Positions 56,601-64,000 of a stretch of DNA of 64,000 nucleotides are shown one piece after another. Below the pieces are notes generated by a model that saw nothing but the letters and a program-made list of their open reading frames with translations, had not been told where the DNA came from and searched no databases. The number at the start of each line of letters is the position of its first letter. Positions within the stretch are counted from its first letter, which is position 1. A program made the position numbers and the translations under genes. The stretch is from Trypanosoma brucei (Eukaryota): contig CP000070.1 of the NCBI GenBank assembly GCA_000002445.1, forward strand, positions 960,001 to 1,024,000. Reading direction: 5' to 3'.

Positions 56601-59310
56601 TTTCCCCGTGTGAAAAAGAGTATTCGTACGCTCATTGGGGGGCTCAAACGCGCCTCCTTTAGTGTATTCAAACTGTTGCTGATTTTGAGTTCGAGGATTC
56701 TTATCACAGCATAGGTCTGATTTTACGTGGAATGCGACTGAATACCGGGTGGCTCCCCCTACCGAATACAAGCACGTTGGCAAAGTGCCTTTGAGAAACG
56801 AAGGGTGAGCTCTGGACTTCGCAGAAAATGGATATGCACAATGAAGGGGCACAACGCATAGTGATTCCTTGACGACATAACACCGGAGTGGCACAACCTT
56901 TTTAGTGTTCACGAGTGTCGACACTGTAAGGGGGTGGTTTTTGCGTAAGGTTCACGAAAAACAGGAGTGTGGAAAGGCATCAGTTGAGCCAACAGTTGAA
57001 TAGATGTTGAAACTCTTACTTATCCCAACACATTTACCATAACCAGCTACGGCCACGACGCCAGCACTGGAAGCAACACGTTCACCCGAAGGCATGCAGG
57101 TACCGGGTGCGCATATGAATTCGCGCTGCCGGCCACGACATCCAACCACACAGCTGGACATTGTACGAGTGAGTATTGTACAGTGGTACTCGGCAGAGAA
57201 CATGAGAATAACTAATGCAGGGGAAGGCGCGAGGAGGTTTTAAGAGCGAAAATGGTTGTCACCTCTGGACATAACAGTCCGCGGTGATTGTGAGTCCTCA
57301 AACTGAAGACCGGAACTGAGGTCAACCAACGATCGTCGCTGGACCACATTCGGGTTCAACACCATTCTTGATGCTGAAAGGGCTCATTTTCTTTTTACTG
57401 TTGTGGGGTATGCTTTCGATGGAAGATAAAGGGGGCGCTAAAAGAGTTTAGCAGCGCACATACGCACAAAGAAACGGAATAGTTAAGTGGAAGTGCCACG
57501 TATCAAACACAAAGTACTTAAAGTGTCTACGCGCGAAGCGCGCGAAACAATGAAAGTTAAGAAAAATTGTGCAGCCAGTATCGCATAGTTGAGATTTAGT
57601 CCTGATTATTGTGTTTTGAATCCGTGTCCCTCCTGGTGGGATCCCTTTCCACCTCCAGATTAAGGTGGTCAACGAGTATCGGTTCGTCGTTCAACATTAC
57701 GCTCGTCCCCCTTTTTTTTCCTTTTATGCTTCCTCACCGGCGTTCCATCCTTATGAGTTGGCAATAAAGTCGCTGCGGGGTTGGGTGGGTTCCCACTCCC
57801 AACAAGTATCTGCGCCACCTCCCGGTTTGGCTAAAACTTTCGATATAACGGCTCCGGCTGACGCAAATATTCGTCTCGTCCTGTTTAGATTCACGTATAC
57901 ATGAGGAGAAGGGTGCAACTTTTCAGCCAAATTTTACATTCTTCAGTTTAAAAAGTTTTGCGTGGAAAGTGCGTTGTCCGCTGCCGAAATGACGGCACCT
58001 TTCAAACAACGTGCTCTACCCCATATTGCCCCCGTGATGCCTTTAGAGGTTGACGGTGCAGTAAATCCAACAAAAAGTCGCCGCACTCTGCCTTTTAGAG
58101 TGTTGCATTCCTTTTCTATTTTGTGTTGTCCCCTGTGCCACATATCTTTGGTTAGAGCGCTTTGTTCCACGCGTTTTGCTTCACAGTGCGGTCGTTGGAG
58201 AGTCCTTTTGAGTCCGCTATATTACCAGGAACGTGCCGTCACTCATATCCCCCTTTATTGCACCTTTCGCCTTTGGGTGTGTATCCCCACTGCATTGAAA
58301 GAGCCATAGCATACCGTCATACTGCACGCCACGCCGTCCGGCCACATGTCGGGCGGAGGCCGCGCCGCTATAGAATGGAGGGAAATATACCTGCACACTG
58401 TCCTTCAACAACCAAGATCGTGTGGCGCAATGTCGTGTCGAACACACCGGGAAGCACAAAAAAAAAACTCCTATAAGTTGGGCGCCGACGCCCCGGCATC
58501 CCCGTTCAATGATAAGTGACCCTTTGCGGCGGTGTTGATAGTTACCTCGCGTCTTTTTTTTTTTTAATTCACGGATAGGGAAAGCCCACAAATAGCGGGG
58601 CACTGTTTTGTACGCGCGTGCAGCCGTACCGCTCTAGGTTGGAGCCATTTCCTTCGCGCTTGGACGCCGGCTTTCACCTTTTCTTTACCCTGCCGCACAT
58701 ACCCAACGTGCCGTTACCAGCGCGGTGCACTGCGACGTGCTGATGAAGATTTTGCTGTTCTCTGCGGTGACACCAGGTGGTCGCACCGGTTTTTTGTGAC
58801 TCATGGCAAAGCAATGTAAAAATATCGAAAAAAAAGGGTAAATACTCCGATTTCCCCTGTGCGCAATTGGTTTCGGCGCTGCTCGCAGCCGACGCCAACA
58901 AACGGTCACCATGCTCAGTGTTCTGCAGTCCCCGCAGTTTTAGCGCAACATGTCCTGCATCAAGTCGTGTTAATCATGCGACGGCCTCGTCCTGTAGGCC
59001 TTGCGCCTCTGCCGGTTGGTCACACTGCGTGGGTTGAAGCTGTGGCTACCTAATCGCTGCGAACTTTAAAATGTCAGAAACCTTCCAGGGAACCTTGTTG
59101 AGTGAGCCGGCCTCGCCGTTTTAAGATTTATTAGTCCCGTGCGCCGGAGTTTGTGCACACCCTAGGGGCTGAATGCGTTTGCTTTTTTTTTTTCTTCATG
59201 TCATTGATGCTTTTATTCAAGGCTCGAGTGAGAACGGTGGGTAACTACTGCATTAGAAGATCATCTAAAGAGTGTTCAGAGTGTTTTGCTTTTGAACAAC
59301 ATGGGTTATC
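53652..59310. promoter_or_regulatory. Divergent strand-switch region between a leftward (minus) and a rightward (plus) gene array; candidate RNA pol II transcription start region
   Basis: All CDSs from 1 to 53651 are on the minus strand; the CDSs from 59311 onward are on the plus strand. The intervening 5.7 kb has no ORF above ~150 aa on any frame yet is mostly non-repetitive. It contains a C14 tract (54445-54458), a C9 tract (56164-56172) and a perfect 8-bp hairpin (56499-56532). Confidence 0.6.
54445..54458 (-). promoter_or_regulatory. Homopolymer C14 (G14 on the minus/leftward coding strand) inside the strand-switch region
   Basis: Read directly from the sequence: 'ttgacccccccccccccccgaag'. 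Confidence 0.5.
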
Positions 59311-60231
59311 ATGGCATTTTTACTTTCAGCATGGTTGCCCACTTTTAGGACCTATTTTTCCCTGTTTTCCACGATAGTGTGGCAAGTGATGGAGGGTATG
59401 CTTCTGGATGCTGTTAGTAAAAGTATGGTGGCAGAAGGCGCGAAGTTGGTACCGAAATATGGAGTCCGCAATTCTGCACTCATGTCCTTGTCAGTGAATG
59501 CGTTGAAAGGCAATCCCACATATGACAAGGCGCGGACGCTGGGCAACAGAGAGTTATCTCGTCTGTTTCCGAGGGGATTTTCGATCGCTGTGGTTGAGCA
59601 CATCGTTGCAAGCAGCAACCAAACCGCTCATTTGAGACTTGAGGAGTGCTTTAGTAAATATGCTATTCTCTCCACGGTTGCGAAGAACAGTGATACATAC
59701 CAACTAGGATGCTATAAACCTCCGGGCGTGCGTGAGGTTGTTAGCGAGGCTATGGACTCAAAGTTCAGTGCTCTGCTACCTTATTGCGAACACTGGGCGG
59801 AGGCGGTTGCGCTGGAGTGCTTGCCTTCTAATACTCCGTTTGCCGCCAAGCTGGCTCTGGAATTTATTGATACTACCTGTTACTATGCGGAGCGGATGAG
59901 AAGTTTAGGGTCAGTCGTAGAAGCAGGCAATATACTACTACAGTCTCGTATTTCTGATCCCTTTGCCGCTGAGCCGCATTCGATCGGTGTGTCAGGGGGT
60001 GTAAAAAAAGGTGAAAAGAACGATGCGTTCTGGCAGAAATTTGCCACTACTGTACCTTTGTCCAGTGGACCGCATGCTAGTCACGGTATGCTTGGATATG
60101 AGTGGTATATACTGCGTATGAAGGTTGGTGCGATACTGAGCTTGGGCATGCTCTCTTTTATGGGTGAAAAATCGCGTTCTCGTTTGGAGACTAAGTCGAT
60201 GGTGCGGTCGATAATTTGTGGAATACTGTGA
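59311..60231 (+). CDS. COQ9: Ubiquinone biosynthesis protein COQ9 homologue
   Basis: 'SKFSALLPYCEHWAEAVALECLPSNTPFAAKLALEFIDTTCYYAE' aligns with the human COQ9 block '[43 protein letters not shown]'. 'GYEWYILRMKVGAILSLGML' aligns with '[21 protein letters not shown]'. ATG verified at 59311 (an alternative in-frame ATG lies at 59389, MEGML...). Confidence 0.7.
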   Translation: MAFLLSAWLPTFRTYFSLFSTIVWQVMEGMLLDAVSKSMVAEGAKLVPKYGVRNSALMSLSVNALKGNPTYDKARTLGNRELSRLFPRGFSIAVVEHIVASSNQTAHLRLEECFSKYAILSTVAKNSDTYQLGCYKPPGVREVVSEAMDSKFSALLPYCEHWAEAVALECLPSNTPFAAKLALEFIDTTCYYAERMRSLGSVVEAGNILLQSRISDPFAAEPHSIGVSGGVKKGEKNDAFWQKFATTVPLSSGPHASHGMLGYEWYILRMKVGAILSLGMLSFMGEKSRSRLETKSMVRSIICGIL

Positions 60232-61358
60232 AGGATTAAGAGGGAACAGCACGTTGGCAGGCATTTTTGTTATTTACTAAGTTGTGGATGCGCTAGGAGC
60301 TTGTCGATTGGTTTTACTACTAATGAAAAGATGACTTTCCTGTTGTTCTTTGTTTTGATGCGATGTGGCAATAAATATGGTGCTCCGCGGACATTCGTAT
60401 AGCATCCTGCTGGCACTTTCCCTTCCTATTTCACATACACGTATACATTATTTACGCGTCATGCAGTTGCACATTTCTCTCTATAGGAGACCCAGGTATA
60501 GAGCGTGTCATCCATGGCTTGTGAGGATACGAAAGCTCGTGCAACCGCCGATCATTCGTTTCTATCGCAGAGTATCTCTTACGTACTGCTCGCGAAGTTA
60601 CTCACAGATTAAAGGGACTGTCATCTCAGCAGATTCAGTGGGGAGCCCTGTTATCAGTATTATATTTGTTGGTTTTCTTTTACTAATAAAACCACAGTGT
60701 GTGTACGTATGTTTGGGTGCCCGAAAGGCCAAGGTGGGGGCTTGTTTGTTTGAAGGCTTGTAGGCTTCCCCAATTGGACCCATTTCTCAAATCCGCACTA
60801 CTACTACGATATTGCATTCACTGTTGCGACAGTGTCTTTTGTTAAATGGTTTGCCTTCGCTGGTTGTTGTACTAGAAAAAAATGGACGGACCTACTTAAA
60901 AAACTGTGCACTGTCAGGTAATGTTGTTATATTCGATATTTCGTACCAGGCTTCGTGCTGTATCTACCTCCATCCATATACGGTCCTCGCTTCAAGCCGG
61001 GTTGGTACATATTATCCTATTGAACTGCCACTTCACTCTCCAGTTTTACCTTTCAGACCGGTATTGCTTTATGTGTGTTTTTCTACAGCGAACGCTGTAC
61101 AACCTAGTGTTAATTAGGAGGAATTAGTTATTGCATAGTTGTTTACTGGTTGTGTTTGGAATTTTGTGTTTCATCTGCCCTTTGTTTGTTTGAATTTTAT
61201 TGAAGATTCACATAAATCTATGTATATATGTATTTGTGCGCTTTTTGTCCCCTTTGAGCGACCAACTCACGGTTTCCTGTAATCATCAGTAGCCCTGCAC
61301 TACGTGTATATTCGTTTGCTCTTCATTTTTTCTTTTGCTTTTCTTTAGAAGCACCAAT

Positions 61359-61901
61359 ATGGCAAGCGTAATTGAAAAGGGGCTTGCATCGATATGTTGC
61401 GTTACCACTTCGTCAAAACCATGGGCGGAGGGCGAGGCCGATGGGGATGTGAAGTATGAGGATTTGCGAGGTCCTGGTGGTCGTAACACTTCCGGATCCG
61501 TAAGTGACAAAAGAATATGCGTTCCCCAGAAGATCGATCCGAAAACGTTTTTCGCCAATGAAAGGACCTTTCTCAAGTGGATGTCGATATCAGTGATGAT
61601 AGGAATGATGTCGTTAACACTACTGAATTTTGGCGACACATCGAGCAACGCATCGGAGCTTGCTGGTCTGGTTTTGTTGCCTGTTTCAATATTATTTATG
61701 ATTCATTCGTTATTTGTGTTCAAAGATCGAGCCAACAAGATCTATATGCGGGAGCCTATGCGGTACGATGACACGAAAGGCCCCACGATCCTTGTTCTTG
61801 TACTTGGTGTCTCTCTTGGAATTGCGGCTATTTTTTCCGTTCAGAAGCAATACTACAGGACGGCTTCTTCATCCTTCAATGATGGACCACGATTTTCTTG
61901 A
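61359..61901 (+). CDS. VTC1: Vacuolar transporter chaperone 1 (VTC1)-like small membrane protein (DUF202 domain), polyphosphate polymerase complex subunit
   Basis: 'KIDPKTFFANERTFLKWMSISVMIGMMSLTLLNFGD' matches the Vtc1/DUF202 signature (cf. yeast 'KVFFANERTFLSWL...LLNFGD'). Three predicted TM helices. The track ORF starts at 61335, but the first in-frame ATG is at 61359 (verified). Confidence 0.85.
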   Translation: MASVIEKGLASICCVTTSSKPWAEGEADGDVKYEDLRGPGGRNTSGSVSDKRICVPQKIDPKTFFANERTFLKWMSISVMIGMMSLTLLNFGDTSSNASELAGLVLLPVSILFMIHSLFVFKDRANKIYMREPMRYDDTKGPTILVLVLGVSLGIAAIFSVQKQYYRTASSSFNDGPRFS

Positions 61902-62317
61902 GTGATGCTAATATTAAAAAGAAAGTGTAGTAGGCTATTGGAAGGGATCAGTTTTAAACTTCTCAGATGATATCAGTAACATCAGTTGTTGGATGAGCCG
62001 AGTAGGACCGTTGGGAAATAGTAGGTCATTGTTTTAACCTGGTAGGAAGATCCTTAATCTAATTCCAAAGCACCTTCTCCCCATCTGACTGTTTTGTATC
62101 CTCTGCTTTTTTACTTTTCTCAAAAATTTGACCCACGAGAAAGTAGAACAGAGCTGTACGTGACCTCTTCGTTGTTTTCATCGTCACTCGTTTACCAATG
62201 TGTTAAAGCCAGTATAGGCTGGCACAAGTATAGTTTTTTTAATCTTATTGGTTCAGTCGCGCTAAAATATATTGAACGCAGTCGGTCGTCAAGTAGAAAG
62301 AAGAAAGTCGTCAAGAG

Positions 62318-63832
62318 ATGTTTTTAAAGAAGACAATGTCGGGTGTGAGAGACCTGTCGAGGGGAAGACCAATCTCGCGTGTTATCCTGGATCGTTTCGC
62401 AGGTAGTATTTCGTCTGAGTCATTTTCCTTTGAGTCGGTCCTGGAAGATGCTTGCAGGAGAGCAAACGTCGCAGTTTCGGCGGCTCCAAGTTCCATTGCT
62501 GATATCAAATGGTGGCGCAAACTCTGCACCGCCTGTGGCAATAAGACATCTGCGTCACGATGCGGCCTTGCTATGTTGCGGCAGCGACTCGTACGAGCGC
62601 TATCGGAACGTTTAGCTACGGAGGAGGTGTTTCGTTTGAATGGATACGAAATTGGAAAGGAGATAGTGGACGAACCAGTGGTAGTGTTGGGGCTACCCCG
62701 CTGTAATGGACATCAAGCAGCTCATGTGCTTTCTCGCTCAGGGGTTTTTCTTGCCTTTAAGCAGTGTGATACGATATCTCCTTCACTTCTTCTTGATGTA
62801 GAGCGGCACGATGCATTCCAGCGAGAGTTTAGGTGGTTTAAATCCCTCTATCCCGACTTTTGCTGTGTACGGACAGTGAATCCCGGACAGATCGATGATG
62901 ACCTGACCTTGCAGTTAATGTGCCCACAGTCCTACGCTTGGGGACTTTTGCATGGGTTAGACGAATATCTATTGGAGTGTTTGCAGGAGGATCAAACTCC
63001 CGTGTACGAGCATATTAAACGCATGTGTCAGCTTTTTCAGTGGTATAAAAGATGCGGGCATTTTTCAGAATGTGTGTCTCAGGAAGTTAACCCGATTAAT
63101 AATGTTATAGAGGAGCAAAAATATGGCACCAAAAATCCACTGACGCGGACGCGGTGGCTTATCTTTAGCCCTCTTGCACTTTTGAGTATCGAATCGCTCT
63201 GTGAGGTGTTTCCTGATGTTAAAATTATCTGGGTTCACCGGGCACTTTCGCAGTGTATACCGTCGCTGTGCTCAGCTCTAGCTCTCCATAACAGTCTCTA
63301 CACGGGGAAACCCCCTAGTGATACCCAATTGGTGACGATGGGTGACAAGGTTCTGGGAATGTTTGGTTCTGGGACAGAACATGCCATTGACTTTCTTGCT
63401 AGTTTTGAAAAATCCAGGATGGTTCATTGGTCTAATCGTGATCTGAAGAGACACACAACCCGTTTAGCTACAAAAACCCTACAACACTACGGCATTGAAG
63501 TGGACAGATACCGTAAGATGCAAATGATTAACGGACAAACTGAGTACACGGAGGTGTTTCGACCACTCCATGATTCGCAAATGCGATACTTTGGTTTACA
63601 TGACGGCATTATCGGCGAAGTTTTTGAGCGCTATATTTATCAATTCGAGGAGTTTGCGTTCGAGCGTAAATATGGTGTCACTGTTGAAGAGTATCAACCC
63701 CTTGCAGCTGCTTCAGAGCAACAGTCTCTTGGATCGATGCGTGTGAATAGCGGAGAAAACAGTTTGCCATCATTTACTGATGATCAGCCGATGACAGGCC
63801 ACTTTTTGCAGGAGGGAAAGGGGTTTAAGTAA
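62318..63832 (+). CDS. Hypothetical 504-aa protein with weak sulfotransferase-like PAPS-binding blocks
   Basis: ATG verified at 62318. 'VVVLGLPRCNGHQAAHVLS' resembles the 5'-PSB loop (GxPRSGTT) and 'KIIWVHRALSQCIPSL' resembles the 3'-PB block (K-I-I-Y-V-x-R-[DN]-P). Both are degenerate. Confidence 0.5.
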   Translation: MFLKKTMSGVRDLSRGRPISRVILDRFAGSISSESFSFESVLEDACRRANVAVSAAPSSIADIKWWRKLCTACGNKTSASRCGLAMLRQRLVRALSERLATEEVFRLNGYEIGKEIVDEPVVVLGLPRCNGHQAAHVLSRSGVFLAFKQCDTISPSLLLDVERHDAFQREFRWFKSLYPDFCCVRTVNPGQIDDDLTLQLMCPQSYAWGLLHGLDEYLLECLQEDQTPVYEHIKRMCQLFQWYKRCGHFSECVSQEVNPINNVIEEQKYGTKNPLTRTRWLIFSPLALLSIESLCEVFPDVKIIWVHRALSQCIPSLCSALALHNSLYTGKPPSDTQLVTMGDKVLGMFGSGTEHAIDFLASFEKSRMVHWSNRDLKRHTTRLATKTLQHYGIEVDRYRKMQMINGQTEYTEVFRPLHDSQMRYFGLHDGIIGEVFERYIYQFEEFAFERKYGVTVEEYQPLAAASEQQSLGSMRVNSGENSLPSFTDDQPMTGHFLQEGKGFK

Positions 63833-64000
63833 CTAATGGTGCTTTGGAGGTTATGTTATCGGCTCGTAACGTTTTGGCTACTTGACACGTAATCGTTTAT
63901 TGTCATCACCAAGCAAGAACATCACATTTGGTTTAGATGTTTTTCTGTCATTGCCTCTTCTTCACCCACTCTGTGCATGGGTTGCTGCAACCCACAGTCA

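Noticed and set aside
55790-56720. tRNA-like T-loop strings (e.g. 'ggtttcgaatcg' 55797, 'gagttcgagg' 56691, 'gacgaaccc' 56512)
   Set aside because: None has a complementary 5-bp T-stem or an upstream D-arm/acceptor arrangement when folded by eye on either strand. No tRNA can be supported.
1-64000. Spliced-leader RNA gene, rRNA, ingi/RIME/SLACS retroelements, VSG/ESAG or RHS genes
   Set aside because: I searched by eye for the SL exon core (ctattattagaacagtttctgtactatattg), rDNA-like blocks and long ORFs with RT or endonuclease motifs, and found none. The window looks like housekeeping core, not subtelomeric.

Overview
This window looks like a trypanosomatid (Trypanosoma brucei-group-like) chromosomal core region. 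The basis is a dense same-strand gene array, AT-rich microsatellite-laden intergenic DNA, polypurine/polypyrimidine tracts, and products matching trypanosomatid families (ubiquitin-like/S27a fusion, K39-type kinesin, VTC1, PSS, DYRK). The gene complement tentatively suggests the T. brucei chr7 'K39 kinesin / PSS2 / VTC1' neighbourhood, but this is an inference from memory, not a database result.

About 21 protein-coding genes lie on the minus strand from position 1 to 53651. A roughly 5.7 kb ORF-free divergent strand-switch region follows (53.65-59.3 kb). Three plus-strand genes then begin (COQ9, VTC1-like, sulfotransferase-like), consistent with two diverging polycistronic transcription units.

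The supplied ORF track calls GTG/TTG/CTG starts as 'M'. I re-anchored every CDS to the first in-frame ATG by checking the nucleotides.

Most striking features:
(1) A 1803-aa kinesin whose C-terminal half is about 26 near-identical tandem copies of a 117-bp (39-aa) unit, differing only at synonymous sites (Leishmania K39-antigen-like).
(2) An exact ~157-bp copy of part of that kinesin's P-loop region sitting ~435 bp upstream of the gene.
(3) An RRM protein followed by an 8.5 kb gene-free low-complexity tract (candidate giant regulatory 3' UTR).
(4) A NIF/FCP-type HAD domain protein whose catalytic DxDxT is replaced by GLRGT (pseudophosphatase).
(5) An unusual FYVE + F-box-like + Ras-like GTPase protein.
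(6) The strand-switch region with a C14 tract (G14 on the leftward coding strand).

No tRNA, rRNA, SL RNA or retroelement could be supported by eye.
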